Origin: Candidatus Vogelbacteria bacterium RIFOXYD1_FULL_44_32 | GTDB taxonomy: Bacteria; Patescibacteriota; Minisyncoccia; Phycocordibacterales; XYD1-FULL-46-19 | NCBI GenBank assembly: GCA_001823065.1 | Contig: MHTJ01000003.1 | Location: 253,283-317,282, forward strand | Length of the DNA: 64,000 bases | Direction of reading: 5' to 3' | The notes under the pieces: generated by a model | Databases searched by the model: none | Told to the model about the DNA's origin: nothing | Seen by the model: the letters and a program-made list of their open reading frames with translations, nothing else | Position numbers and translations under genes: made by a program | Shown: positions 18,576 to 28,276 of the stretch, one piece after another | How the letters are laid out: each line of letters opens with the position of its first letter | Numbering within the stretch: position 1 is the stretch's first letter

Positions 18576-19148
18576 ATGCCTATTATGAATCTCGCATGCC
18601 AAATAGAGGCGGTGCTTTTTTATAAGGCCGAACCGATGTTATTTTCGGTTTTGGCTAAAATGCTTAGTATCAGTGAAGGCGAACTAAAAGAAGCGGGCGC
18701 TGATTTAGAAAAAAACCTAGCGGGGCGGGGAATAAGGTTGCTATCCACCGAAAGCAGCTACGCCTTAGTAACCGCTGGCGACGCTAGCGAGCTAATTGAA
18801 AAAATTACCAAAGACGAATTAGCTAGAGATATAGGTAAAGCGGGTCTCGAAACCCTGGCGATAATCCTATATCGGGGCCAAGTCAGCCGAGCGGAGATCG
18901 ACTATATCCGAGGAGTTAATTCCAGTTTTATTTTACGTCACCTATTAATTCGCGGTTTAATCTTAAGGGAGACGAGTCCCACCGACCAACGTAGTTTTCT
19001 TTATCAGCCTTCGACTGAACTTATGGCCACCCTTGGTATTGAAAAAGCTCAACAACTGCCAGACTTTGCGGAAATCGAGGAAAAAATTAAAATATTTATG
19101 TCCACCCAAGAGGAAATAGAAGCTAAGGCCACGGAAAATGAGAAATAA
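18576..19148 (+). CDS. scpB: segregation and condensation protein B
   Basis: Winged-helix pair typical of ScpB (IEAVLFYKAEPM..., LETLAIILYRGQVSRAEIDYIRGVNSSFILRHL). Start at MPIMNLACQIEAVLF. Confidence 0.85.
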   Translation: MPIMNLACQIEAVLFYKAEPMLFSVLAKMLSISEGELKEAGADLEKNLAGRGIRLLSTESSYALVTAGDASELIEKITKDELARDIGKAGLETLAIILYRGQVSRAEIDYIRGVNSSFILRHLLIRGLILRETSPTDQRSFLYQPSTELMATLGIEKAQQLPDFAEIEEKIKIFMSTQEEIEAKATENEK

Positions 19149-20061
19149 TTTTAAGCATCCAAAAATTTTAACACGCTTGATTGTTGGTACTATTAGTTTA
19201 GTTCTATTATTTTTTTTGGCCTTATTAATTTGGCCGGCCTGGCAAAATACAAAAAGATTAGAGAGCCAAGTGAGGGCCCAGGTAACAGTGCCTCCTAAAA
19301 TTTTCCCTGCCCTAGAGCTAGAAGCTGATGGCGCCATAATTATGGAAGCCAGAACTGGTAAAATTATTTTTGCCAAAAATTCAACTGCCAAACTACCACT
19401 AGCCTCGATTACTAAGCTGATGACAGCTTATACCGCCAACCAAATATTAGGGGAAACTGAAATTATTCCTATCACCAATTTGGCGCTAGCAGGAGGAAGT
19501 AATGCTGGTCTCTTGGCTGGAGACAGCTGGACAGTGCGCAATTTGACCGACTATATGCTAACCACTTCAAGCAATGGTGCAGCCACCGCTTTAGCGGAGG
19601 CAGTCAACCAACGTGGCTTAAATTTTGAAATTGCGATGAATGATAATGCCGCCAAATTGGGGTTAAGCGCCACCCGCTTTATGAACGAAACAGGGCTCGA
19701 TTTAGCCCAAAATTTTGGGGGCTCATTTGGTTCGGCGGTCGATATTGCCAACCTAATGAAATATATTCTATATAATAATTCGACCTTGCTGGCCACCACT
19801 GTTAAGCCGGTTATATCTGCCACTTCTGCTTCTGGTTTAACCTATTTTGGTAATAATACCAATGATATTGTGAGTAAGATCCCCGGTCTAATCGCTTCTA
19901 AAACCGGTTATACTGATAGTGCAGGAGGAAATTTAGTGATTGCTTTTGATGCTGGCCTCGCTCAACCAGTAATAGTAGTAGTATTGGGTTCGACCAAGGA
20001 TGGGCGCTTTACCGATGTACTAGCCCTGACCCGAGCCACCATTGATTATTATTCCGAATAA
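19138..20061 (+). CDS. D-alanyl-D-alanine carboxypeptidase (S11 peptidase, PBP5/6-like)
   Basis: N-terminal TM anchor. Active-site SxxK (ASITKLMT), SxN (TTSSNGAA) and KTG (ASKTGYT). Confidence 0.85.
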   Translation: MRNNFKHPKILTRLIVGTISLVLLFFLALLIWPAWQNTKRLESQVRAQVTVPPKIFPALELEADGAIIMEARTGKIIFAKNSTAKLPLASITKLMTAYTANQILGETEIIPITNLALAGGSNAGLLAGDSWTVRNLTDYMLTTSSNGAATALAEAVNQRGLNFEIAMNDNAAKLGLSATRFMNETGLDLAQNFGGSFGSAVDIANLMKYILYNNSTLLATTVKPVISATSASGLTYFGNNTNDIVSKIPGLIASKTGYTDSAGGNLVIAFDAGLAQPVIVVVLGSTKDGRFTDVLALTRATIDYYSE

Positions 20062-20076
20062 TATAATGATTATAAA

Positions 20077-21138
20077 ATGATTCTCTCTGTCATAAAGGTT
20101 TTTGCCCCGACCGCCATGGCCTTTTTTGCTGGTATCGCTATTACCCCAATCCTGACTCACTATTTATATAAACATCGGATGTGGAAAAAGAAGGCGGGGA
20201 AAATTGCCCCCGACGGGCGAGCCACTCCAATTTTTGATAAACTCCATGCCCACAAGGAAACTGGCACACCGCGGATGGGTGGAATAATAATCTGGACTAG
20301 TGCATTACTGACGATTGCCCTGATTTGGCTTATCGCGCAAGTTTGGCCAACTGATGTCACCACAAAATTAGACTTTCTCTCCCGTAATCAAACCTGGCTA
20401 CCCCTTTTTACCTTAATTATTGCCTCACTCCTCGGCTTGCTAGACGATGTTTTACAAATTAGAGAACCAAAGGATGGGCGCCCTAATGGTGGTTTGCCGT
20501 TTTGGAATCGATTGGGAATTGTCATTACTCTCGGCCTGGTTGGTGGTTGGTGGTTTTATGCCAAGCTAGGGGTGAGTGCTATTCACATTCCATTTTGGGG
20601 CGATTTAACCATCGGCCTGTGGATTATTCCGCTATTTATATTTGTAATGTCGGTCTTATTTTCCAGTGGTGTCATTGACGGTCTCGATGGTTTGTCAGGG
20701 GGAGTAATGGCCATTATTTTCACCGCCTACGCGGGGATTGCCTTCTTCCAAAATCAAATTGACCTAGCGGCCTTTTGTGCCGTGGTCGCCGGTGGCACCT
20801 TGGCCTTTTTATGGTTTAATATTCCGCCGGCTCGTTTTTATATGTCGGAAACGGGGATTTTGGGCCTCACTACCACCCTAACTGTCGTAGCTTTTCTAAC
20901 CGATTCTGTTTTATGGTTACCGCTAATTGCTTTTCCACTATTAGCCACCTCCGCTTCAGTCGTAATACAACTGACATCAAAAAAACTTCGTCAGGGCAAG
21001 AAAGTTTTTCTAGTCGCACCACTACACCACCATTTTGAGGCCATCGGCTGGCCAGCCTATAAAGTGGTTATGCGCTATTGGATTATTGGCCTCATTACCG
21101 CGATTATTGGTATGATTTTAATTTTACTTGATAAATAA
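20077..21138 (+). CDS. mraY: phospho-N-acetylmuramoyl-pentapeptide transferase
   Basis: 353 aa with 10 TM helices. Conserved GLLDD and PLHHHFE motifs. Confidence 0.93.
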   Translation: MILSVIKVFAPTAMAFFAGIAITPILTHYLYKHRMWKKKAGKIAPDGRATPIFDKLHAHKETGTPRMGGIIIWTSALLTIALIWLIAQVWPTDVTTKLDFLSRNQTWLPLFTLIIASLLGLLDDVLQIREPKDGRPNGGLPFWNRLGIVITLGLVGGWWFYAKLGVSAIHIPFWGDLTIGLWIIPLFIFVMSVLFSSGVIDGLDGLSGGVMAIIFTAYAGIAFFQNQIDLAAFCAVVAGGTLAFLWFNIPPARFYMSETGILGLTTTLTVVAFLTDSVLWLPLIAFPLLATSASVVIQLTSKKLRQGKKVFLVAPLHHHFEAIGWPAYKVVMRYWIIGLITAIIGMILILLDK

Positions 21139-22244
21139 TGCAGACGGCCGCCAAAAATCAAAGTCGTTTTTTTTTATTTTTAGTGGCCCTATTGGCAGGC
21201 TTTGGTTTTTTTATCTTTTTGTCAGCTTCTTTAGGGATGATTGGTACCAATATGGCTGGTTTTATTCATATTGGACTAAAACAATTGGCCGTTCTCGCTG
21301 GTAGTCTAGTCCTAATGCTGGTTTTAGCCAATATTCCATACCGGCTTTGGCGTGAATATTCACTACCCATCTTGATTGCTGGCATAATTGCAACCGCGAT
21401 TATTTTTATTCCTGGTCTAGGCATATCAGCTGGTGGCGCCACCCGTTGGCTAAATTTAGGTTTGTTTTCTATCCAACCAGCCGAACTATTAAAGCTAGGT
21501 CTGGTTATGTACTATGCCGCCTGGCTTACTAGGGCCAAGGATAAAGCGGGGACCCTGTGGTCAGGCCTCGCCCCAATGCTTGTCCTCCTCGGCATAGCTG
21601 GGATTTTACTTATTCAACAGCCAGATATTGGTACATTTATTGTTATTGCTTCTGCCCTCGCTACCCAATATTTTGTGGCCGGTGGAAAATGGCGACATTT
21701 TTTGGGGCTATTCTTTGTGGCTATTTTGGTTTTAGGGTGCCTGGCGATTGCTATGCCCTATGTTCGCGATCGCATAACAACTTTTTTTAATTCCGACAAA
21801 GATGTTTTAAACTCGGCCTATCAAATAAACCAATCACTGATTGCCATCGGTTCAGGCGGACTGTCTGGGCGGGGGTTCGGGCAAAGCCTGCAGAAATTTA
21901 ATTTTTTGCCTCAACCAATCGGCGACTCAATTTTTGCGGTTGCCGGTGAGGAGTTTGGTTTTATTGGTACGATGATTATTTTAATTTTATTTTTACTATT
22001 TGCAGTTTATGGTCTAAAAATTGCCAGTGGTAGTCGTGACAGCTTTGGTGGACTCCTGGCAACTGGTCTTGTTATACTAATAATAAGCCAGTCATTTGCC
22101 AACATTGGAGCCATGCTTGGTTTGATCCCACTAACCGGGGAACCTCTCATATTTGTCTCCCAAGGTGGTAGTGCTCTTTTGTTTGGCTTGTCGGCAGTTG
22201 GGATAATTTTAAATATTTCCCGTTATCAAAAACACTCTAATTAA
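21138..22244 (+). CDS. ftsW: SEDS-family peptidoglycan glycosyltransferase FtsW (FtsW/RodA)
   Basis: 368 aa. SEDS core IFAVAGEEFGFIGTMIILILF. It lies between mraY and murG as in dcw clusters. Confidence 0.88.
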   Translation: MQTAAKNQSRFFLFLVALLAGFGFFIFLSASLGMIGTNMAGFIHIGLKQLAVLAGSLVLMLVLANIPYRLWREYSLPILIAGIIATAIIFIPGLGISAGGATRWLNLGLFSIQPAELLKLGLVMYYAAWLTRAKDKAGTLWSGLAPMLVLLGIAGILLIQQPDIGTFIVIASALATQYFVAGGKWRHFLGLFFVAILVLGCLAIAMPYVRDRITTFFNSDKDVLNSAYQINQSLIAIGSGGLSGRGFGQSLQKFNFLPQPIGDSIFAVAGEEFGFIGTMIILILFLLFAVYGLKIASGSRDSFGGLLATGLVILIISQSFANIGAMLGLIPLTGEPLIFVSQGGSALLFGLSAVGIILNISRYQKHSN

Positions 22245-22246
22245 AA

Positions 22247-23374
22247 ATGAAAATTGCACTGACCGGTGGGGGAACAGGGGGACATTTTTATCCAATTATT
22301 GCTGTAGCCGAGGAACTACGAGATGTTATTTTTGACCAGAAATTAATAGGCACCAAATATTATTTTTTTTCCGACCACCCCTACAGTCCGAAACTACTAG
22401 CGGACAATGAATTAATATTTATCAAAATACCAGCTGGTAAGTGGCGCCGCTATTTTTCGCTCAAAAACTTTACCGACCTTTTTGTATTAGCTTTCGGTTT
22501 TATTGTGGCCCTCTGGAAAATGTTTTGGATTTATCCCGATGTTCTTTTTTCTAAAGGTGGCTATGCTAGTATACCCGCCGTTATGGCCGCCCGAATCTTG
22601 GGCATCCCAATATTTATTCATGAGTCCGACTCACACCCCGGTCGAGCCAATCTTTGGGCGAGCAAGTTTGCTACCCGAGTTGCCCTATCCTACCCCGATG
22701 CCACAACTTTTTTCCCGCCAGAAAAAACCGCCGTGGTTGGCAACCCCCTAAGGCGCGAGATCATGAATCCAGTGCCCGAAGGTGCTAAACGATTTTTGAA
22801 ATTAGAAGAAAATCTACCAATACTTTTTGTCTTGGGGGGTTCCCTCGGTTCTCAGTCTATCAACAATGCTCTCCTAGAAACTCTGCCCGATTTGGTCCAA
22901 AAATATCAGATTATTCACCAGACGGGACGACAAAATTATGATGATGTAGTGGCGAGAGCTGGTGTTATTTTAGCCGGTGATGCTTATCAGGGACATTATC
23001 AAGCCTTTCCCTATTTAGAAAGTTTGGCAATGCGAATGGCGGCTGGTGTCGCCGACTTAGTGATTTCCCGCGCTGGTTCAGCTATATTTGAAATTGCTCA
23101 TTGGGGTATTCCCGCCATAATTATTCCCATCCCTGAAACTGTCAGCCACGACCAGCGCTCCAATGCTTTTGCTTATGCCCGCACAGGGGGAGCAGTGGTA
23201 ATTGAGGAAAATAATCTTGCTCCATCTATTTTAATCGCTGAAATAGATCGTATTTTAAATAATCCGGAGCTAAAAACAAAAATGAGAACCGCGACCAAAA
23301 GCTTTGCCCAACCCGAAGCTGGTCATAAAATTGCCACCGAAATTGTGCAGATGGCCCTCCAACATGAAAGCTAA
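22247..23374 (+). CDS. murG: undecaprenyldiphospho-muramoylpentapeptide beta-N-acetylglucosaminyltransferase
   Basis: 375 aa. N-terminal GGGTGGHFYP motif (LTGGGTGGHFYPIIAVAEEL). Confidence 0.93.
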   Translation: MKIALTGGGTGGHFYPIIAVAEELRDVIFDQKLIGTKYYFFSDHPYSPKLLADNELIFIKIPAGKWRRYFSLKNFTDLFVLAFGFIVALWKMFWIYPDVLFSKGGYASIPAVMAARILGIPIFIHESDSHPGRANLWASKFATRVALSYPDATTFFPPEKTAVVGNPLRREIMNPVPEGAKRFLKLEENLPILFVLGGSLGSQSINNALLETLPDLVQKYQIIHQTGRQNYDDVVARAGVILAGDAYQGHYQAFPYLESLAMRMAAGVADLVISRAGSAIFEIAHWGIPAIIIPIPETVSHDQRSNAFAYARTGGAVVIEENNLAPSILIAEIDRILNNPELKTKMRTATKSFAQPEAGHKIATEIVQMALQHES

Positions 23375-24659
23375 TATCGTCACTCGCTTTGCCCCCAGCC
23401 CCACTGGGCTACTCCATGCCGGCAACTATCGCACGGCGGTTTTTTCCTATCTCTTTGCTCGCCAAAATGGTGGTAAATTTATTTTACGCATTGAGGATAC
23501 CGACCGCGAGCGGAGTAAACCAGAATACGAAGCCAATATTTTAGAATCGCTGGCTTGGCTGGGTTTAGATTTTGATGAAAAATATCGCCAATCGGAAAAT
23601 GCGCCGGTGCACCGTGAATATTTAGAAAAAATGATTGCCTCCGGCCACGCCTATATTTCTAAAGAAACTCCTGTTAAAGAAGGAGACCGGAGTGAGGTCA
23701 TCCGCTTTAAAAACCCCAACAAAGTCGTAACCTTTTCCGACCTTATTCGCGGTGAAATTTCCTTTGACACCACCGAGCTGAAAGACTTCGTGATTGCCAA
23801 GTCCCTAGACGAGCCGGTCTTTCACCTCGCGGTGGTGGTAGACGATTTTACCGAAGGGATGACCCATATTATTCGCGGGGAAGACCATATTTCCAATACT
23901 CCTAGGCAAATCCTCATCCAAGAGGCCATCGGGGCTCCACGGCCTATTTATGCCCATTTACCGCTAGTTTTGGCCCCTGATCGGTCTAAGCTGTCTAAAA
24001 GAAAGGGGGCCTTGGCCCTGACCGAGTACCGCGACCGCGGGTACCTACCCCAAACCCTTTTAAACTTTATGGCCATGCTCGGTTGGAATCCGGGTACCGA
24101 AGAAGAAGTTTTTACTCTGGACCAACTAATTGAAAAGTTTGATTTGGCTAAAGTTCAAAAATCAGGTGCCATTTTCAATGACGAAAAACTCTTGTGGTAC
24201 AACCGCGAGCATCTAAAAAAATTGTCACTCTCCGAGCTAACAAATATTGCCACCGAACGCATTCCCGATTTAGCCCAATTAAATAGCAACCAACTGAAAA
24301 TTTTGGTCCCAGTTATTTTCGAACGTTTAAGTACTTTAGCCGAGCTAGATGAAATGCGCGAGGGCGGGGAGTGGGACTACTTGTTCACCGCCCCCGCTGT
24401 TTCAAAAGAGCTTTTGGGGGAGACCAAATATTTAGCCGAAACGATCGCCCTGCTTGAGAATATTTCAGCCGATAAATTTGTTCCCGAAAAAATAAAAGAT
24501 GCTATTTGGGATTTTGCCACAGAGAAGGGGAGGAAGGAGGTGCTGTGGCCAATGCGCGTGGCCCTAACTGGGAAGGAAAAATCTCCCGACCCTTTTACTG
24601 TCGCCGCGATTTTAGGGAAGGAGGAAACCAAAACTCGACTTTTGGCTAAACTTGACTAA
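23364..24659 (+). CDS. gltX: glutamyl-tRNA synthetase
   Basis: ATG at 23364 (MKANIVTRFAPSPTGLLHAGNYRTAV) overlaps the murG end by 11 nt. HIGH-like HAGN and KMSKS-like KLSKRKG. Confidence 0.9.
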   Translation: MKANIVTRFAPSPTGLLHAGNYRTAVFSYLFARQNGGKFILRIEDTDRERSKPEYEANILESLAWLGLDFDEKYRQSENAPVHREYLEKMIASGHAYISKETPVKEGDRSEVIRFKNPNKVVTFSDLIRGEISFDTTELKDFVIAKSLDEPVFHLAVVVDDFTEGMTHIIRGEDHISNTPRQILIQEAIGAPRPIYAHLPLVLAPDRSKLSKRKGALALTEYRDRGYLPQTLLNFMAMLGWNPGTEEEVFTLDQLIEKFDLAKVQKSGAIFNDEKLLWYNREHLKKLSLSELTNIATERIPDLAQLNSNQLKILVPVIFERLSTLAELDEMREGGEWDYLFTAPAVSKELLGETKYLAETIALLENISADKFVPEKIKDAIWDFATEKGRKEVLWPMRVALTGKEKSPDPFTVAAILGKEETKTRLLAKLD

Positions 24660-24707
24660 GTGTAATATTTAATGCTATAATACAGAAAGAAAGGAGGTGA
24701 CACGGTA

Positions 24708-24851
24708 TGCCCAGACAGAACAAACTAAGGCTTAGCCCGCAGCTAGTCATTAAAGCATACGCTGAAGTGGCTAAAGAATTTGCTGATGCCACAAGAAGAA
24801 CCCTGCCGACACTCACGGAAACCAAAAAACCACCACCCATCCGCAAGTAAG
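24708..24851 (+). CDS. candidate small protein (47 aa, Lys/Pro-rich C-terminus)
   Basis: ATG preceded by the strongest Shine-Dalgarno in the window (AAAGGAGGTG, 7-nt spacer) and a TATAAT at 24677-24682. Below the ORF-track size cutoff. Confidence 0.35.
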
Positions 24852-24922
24852 ACCAGCTCGAGCTGGTCTTTAATTTTAATCACCCTTAATTATTGAACAC
24901 CGAGTGTTCAATAATTAAGGGG
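24852..24922. repeat. two consecutive perfect palindromes: GACCAGCTCGAGCTGGTC (24852-24869) and CCCTTAATTATTGAACAC-CGA-GTGTTCAATAATTAAGGG (24884-24922)
   Basis: Read directly from the sequence. The first is followed by TTTAATTTT (terminator-like). The second, with 18-bp arms, sits about 45 bp upstream of the -10 of the M23 peptidase gene. Confidence 0.8.
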
Positions 24923-24974
24923 TTGAAAAATTTTTAAAATAGACCAAAAGGTTAAAAAAAACTATAATTAACTG

Positions 24975-26258
24975 ATGAATGAAAGGCCTCTACAACTAGC
25001 CACAGTTTTTTTGATTCTAATATCTTTATTTTTGTCATACAACCAAGTTCGCGCCCAATCGGTGGATGAACTGAAAAACCAAATCACTTCTAAAAATAGT
25101 GAAATCGCCCAACTGGAAAAAGAGATTGCCGAATATCAAGTCAAACTAACAGCGACTAAAGGCCAGTCTTCGACCCTAAAAACCGAGCTAGCGCGCCTGG
25201 AGGCCACCAAGAAAAAGCTTGAGACTGATGTAGTTTTGACCAAGAAAAAAATTGATTCCACCACCCTGACCATCAAAAAACTAGGGGGCGAGATAGTCAC
25301 CAGTAGCCAGAAAATTACTAAAAGCGAGTTAGCGGTAGCCGAGGCAATCCGCGCCATTAGTTTTTCTGATAAAGACAATTTGGCAGTGGCCTTACTGGAA
25401 TATGAAAGTTTATCTACTTTTCTCGGTAATACTTTTTCTCTCCAAACTCTCCAACAAAAACTAGGTGACCATATTAAAGAGCTCCGGCAAGCGAAATCTT
25501 CCTATGAAGCCGAAAAAACTGCCTCTGAAAAAGAAAAAGACCGTTTGGCTGGCCTGCAGGTCAAGTTGGCTGACCAAAAGAAAATTGTTGCCCAAAACCA
25601 AAGTCAGAAAAGTACATTATTAACCCAAACCCAAAACCAAGAACAAACCTACCAGCAAATTTTGGCCGACCGTATTGCCAAGAAAAATGCCGTCGAGGCC
25701 GAAATCAAAAATGCAGAAAGTAAATTAAATTTAATTGTGAACCCAAGTGCCCTACCAACCACAGGTAGTGGGGTAATCAAGTGGCCGATGGATAAAGTTA
25801 TCATTACTCAATATTTCGGCAACACCCCTTTTGCCACCGCCAATGCCCAAATTTACCAAGGCAAAGGTCATAACGGGATTGATTTAGCAGCCGCGGTAGG
25901 TACCCCAATTAAAGCTGTTCTCGATGGGGTAGTGCTAGGAGTAGGTGACACCGACACCGCCTGCAAAGGGGCCTCTTATGGTAAGTGGGTAATGATAAAG
26001 CACCCCAATGGCCTGTCGAGCGTTTATGCCCACTTATCACTCGCTAAAGTAAGTGAAAGTCAAACCGTGAAAACAGGGGAGGTGGTCGCTTATAGCGGCG
26101 CCACCGGCTATGTCACCGGTCCGCATTTACACTTCACCCTTCTTGCATCCGACGGTTCACAAGTTGGAACCCTGCAGTCGGCTGTCCCCGGTTGTGGCGT
26201 CTATCGCTTACCCCTAGCCAAACGGGAAGCTGTACTTAATCCATTATCTTATTTATAA
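24975..26258 (+). CDS. M23-family metallo-endopeptidase with N-terminal coiled-coil (EnvC/NlpD-like peptidoglycan hydrolase activator/hydrolase)
   Basis: Signal/TM segment, about 230 aa of heptad-rich coiled coil, then the LytM domain (HNGIDLAA...HLHFTL). Confidence 0.85.
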   Translation: MNERPLQLATVFLILISLFLSYNQVRAQSVDELKNQITSKNSEIAQLEKEIAEYQVKLTATKGQSSTLKTELARLEATKKKLETDVVLTKKKIDSTTLTIKKLGGEIVTSSQKITKSELAVAEAIRAISFSDKDNLAVALLEYESLSTFLGNTFSLQTLQQKLGDHIKELRQAKSSYEAEKTASEKEKDRLAGLQVKLADQKKIVAQNQSQKSTLLTQTQNQEQTYQQILADRIAKKNAVEAEIKNAESKLNLIVNPSALPTTGSGVIKWPMDKVIITQYFGNTPFATANAQIYQGKGHNGIDLAAAVGTPIKAVLDGVVLGVGDTDTACKGASYGKWVMIKHPNGLSSVYAHLSLAKVSESQTVKTGEVVAYSGATGYVTGPHLHFTLLASDGSQVGTLQSAVPGCGVYRLPLAKREAVLNPLSYL

Positions 26259-26265
26259 TTAATTT

Positions 26266-26547
26266 ATGAGAAAAAAAACTTCTTCTGGTTTTATTCAGCT
26301 TGTTGTTATTGTTGTCGTGGTAATAATTCTCCTGGCATATTTTCAAGTCAATCTGCGTGAATTATGGGGATCGGAGACTACGCAAAATAATTTAGATTTT
26401 CTAAAAACAATAGGGGAGAAGGTTTGGGCTGGTTTAGTCTACCTTTGGACCAACTTTATCCGCGAACCAGCCACCTGGATATGGGAAAATTGGATTTTGG
26501 GCTGGGCCTGGCCATTGGTCTCGGGCTGGTTCGCGTCCCAGACTTAG
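26266..26547 (+). CDS. small Trp-rich membrane protein, hypothetical
   Basis: 93 aa. TM helix FIQLVVIVVVVIILLAYF. Confidence 0.5.
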   Translation: MRKKTSSGFIQLVVIVVVVIILLAYFQVNLRELWGSETTQNNLDFLKTIGEKVWAGLVYLWTNFIREPATWIWENWILGWAWPLVSGWFASQT

Positions 26548-26593
26548 CCAAAATACCCTTATTTTAAGCCATAGTTTCACGGACTAAAAATGC

Positions 26594-26622
26594 TTGACAG
26601 CCAATATGGCCTCTGCTATAAT
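26594..26622 (+). promoter_or_regulatory. consensus sigma70 promoter TTGACA-N17-TATAAT
   Basis: TTGACA 26594-26599, TATAAT 26617-26622. Confidence 0.7.
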
Positions 26623-26628
26623 ATTGAC

Positions 26629-26702
26629 GGTTATATATTGTGTGTGTGATAATATATAACCTCAAACAATAATCACGCAAAACACTGCCAAGTGTTTTTT
26701 TG
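26629..26702 (+). ncRNA. short hairpin RNA / leader: 11-bp (TA)-rich hairpin (GGTTATATATT-GTGTGTGTGA-TAATATATAACC) followed by a weak terminator (ACACT-GCCA-AGTGT + T7)
   Basis: Lies between the consensus promoter and the lysozyme-like gene 90 nt downstream. Confidence 0.35.
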
Positions 26703-26795
26703 GTTAAAGTCAGTCGTTCCCACTACAAGTTTCGACTGGCTCTGGCCAATTAAAATCTAGCCCAACGGCTTATATTACGTACTTTACAAATAGGC

Positions 26796-27257
26796 ATGGC
26801 AAGCCTGATAGCTTTCTCGAATATTACTCCCACCGTCGCTGAAGGTCCGGTTTCGACCAGACCCGACGCCCAGGTGGCAGTTGTGCAAATAGTCCAAACA
26901 CCAGCAGTAAGTAAGACTGACAAAAATAATTTGATTCCTGAGCTAATTAATCAAAAAAGCAAGGAACAAGCAGTTGACCCAAACCTGGCCCAAGCTATTG
27001 CATTCTGTGAAAGCACCTACCAGCAATTTAATGCTGATAGTGGGACAGTCCTCCGCGGAATTCATAATCCGCTCGATGTGGGTATTTTCCAAATCAATGA
27101 AAAATACCACTTGGAAAAAAGCCAAACCCTCGGTTTCGATATTTATACGGCTGAAGGAAATATCGACTATGCTTTGTGGCTCATGAGTCACGAAGGCGCC
27201 GGCCATTGGAAATGGAGCAAGCCGTGCTGGTCCCAAAAAATAAACCCTGCTGTTTAA
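26796..27257 (+). CDS. lysozyme-like / lytic transglycosylase-like protein
   Basis: 153 aa. Motifs AFCESTYQQFN ... DVGIFQINEKYH resemble the catalytic Glu and GLMQI-type motifs of SLT/goose-type lysozyme folds. Confidence 0.55.
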   Translation: MASLIAFSNITPTVAEGPVSTRPDAQVAVVQIVQTPAVSKTDKNNLIPELINQKSKEQAVDPNLAQAIAFCESTYQQFNADSGTVLRGIHNPLDVGIFQINEKYHLEKSQTLGFDIYTAEGNIDYALWLMSHEGAGHWKWSKPCWSQKINPAV

Positions 27258-27311
27258 ACCCAGCGGGGTTTATTTTATAAAAATTATCCACAAGGGGAGT
27301 CAGGCACAATT

Positions 27312-27320
27312 TGGTATAAT
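27312..27320 (+). promoter_or_regulatory. extended -10 element TGgTATAAT
   Basis: TGGTATAAT at 27312-27320, upstream of a 41-aa hydrophobic ORF. Confidence 0.4.
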
Positions 27321-27372
27321 AGAGGAGTCGCAATTTACGCGATTTTAATTTTTCAAATTTCCGCCTCACCAT

Positions 27373-27498
27373 ATGGAGCAACTGCAAAGTGATCTGGTTG
27401 AACTTTTTTGGCACCTACCAGCTATTATGCTCTGGGTGCTTTATTTATTATTTAAAAAAGCTAAAACTACCCTGATCAAGGTTAAAGTTGAGGAATAA
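27373..27498 (+). CDS. candidate 41-aa small membrane protein
   Basis: MEQLQSDLVELFWHLPAIMLWVLYLLFKKAKTTLIKVKVEE. No Shine-Dalgarno. Confidence 0.25.
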   Translation: MEQLQSDLVELFWHLPAIMLWVLYLLFKKAKTTLIKVKVEE

Positions 27499-27634
27499 TA
27501 TAAATATATTAATTAAATATTTAAAAAGTAATTTGACTCCCCTGATTTTTGATGAAAAAAGGGGAGGTCTAGCTATTTGGACCATACCAGCCAGCCAAAG
27601 GGATTTTTTATTATAAAGAGACAAAGGTGAGAGG

Positions 27635-27826
27635 ATGACGGGTACATTGGTGCCAGTCCAATACCTAACTTTCGTCTCCGGCGATTTTAGAGGCCAAGAA
27701 ATTAGTGCTCTCAGATTGATTATTAAGATGAGGGCGGAACTGGTTTATTATATAGGCCGTGTCGCAAAAGGTATATTGTGCGACACTATATTCACCAAAC
27801 CTCTGACCTTGACATATACCTATTAA
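27635..27826 (+). CDS. hypothetical small protein (63 aa)
   Basis: ORF-track entry. RBS-like AAGGTGAGAGG precedes the ATG. Lies inside the gene-poor region. Confidence 0.3.
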   Translation: MTGTLVPVQYLTFVSGDFRGQEISALRLIIKMRAELVYYIGRVAKGILCDTIFTKPLTLTYTY

Positions 27827-27921
27827 TATTAAAATTGGGTGGGTTTTTTGTCTCTCCTCTCCCCTTGTTTAACTCACTAATAATTTAAAATATACAAAAT
27901 TATAAATATTATTTCCTCCCT

Positions 27922-27960
27922 CTCCCCCGCGGGTCCACTGGGGGAGTCACTTGCTTTTTT
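27922..27960 (+). terminator. hairpin CTCCCCC-GCGGGTCCACT-GGGGGAG followed by a T-run (GCTTTTTT)
   Basis: One of three hairpins in this region that share the CTCCCC/GGGGAG stem. Confidence 0.45.
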
Positions 27961-28047
27961 ACTAAATTTGTGGAAAATTAAAGGTTGGTGCGCACCTCGA
28001 AAAACCTAACTCTCCTCCCCCAGCGGGAGGAATAGGAGACGGTGACT

Positions 28048-28221
28048 ATGAAGAGCTTTGGCGACAGGCGGTCTCGTTTTTCTCATGAATACCGTTCCTG
28101 CGGAGGGACCAATCCTCCGCCTGCGCTCGTGCACTCCGTGCACATGCTCATGCACAGCAAAATGTTGCCGTGCCAAAAGCGACATCCGAATCCGGAGATT
28201 GAAACCTCCGAAATCTGATTT
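28048..28221 (+). CDS. candidate 57-aa His/Cys-rich peptide inside a GC-rich, highly structured block (could alternatively be non-coding)
   Basis: AGGAGA lies 11 nt upstream of the ATG. The block contains hairpins GCGGAGG...CCTCCGC, GTGCAC-TCC-GTGCAC and CGAAATC-TG-ATTTCG, and ends in the terminator at 28246-28276. Confidence 0.25.
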
Positions 28222-28245
28222 CGCTTTTCGTTCCTGAGTCCCAAG

Positions 28246-28276
28246 CCCCGCAAGCGCACCGCGGGGCTTTTTTTTG
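28246..28276 (+). terminator. intrinsic terminator CCCCGC-AAGCGCAC-CGCGGGG + T9
   Basis: Canonical GC stem with a long U-tract. Confidence 0.7.
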
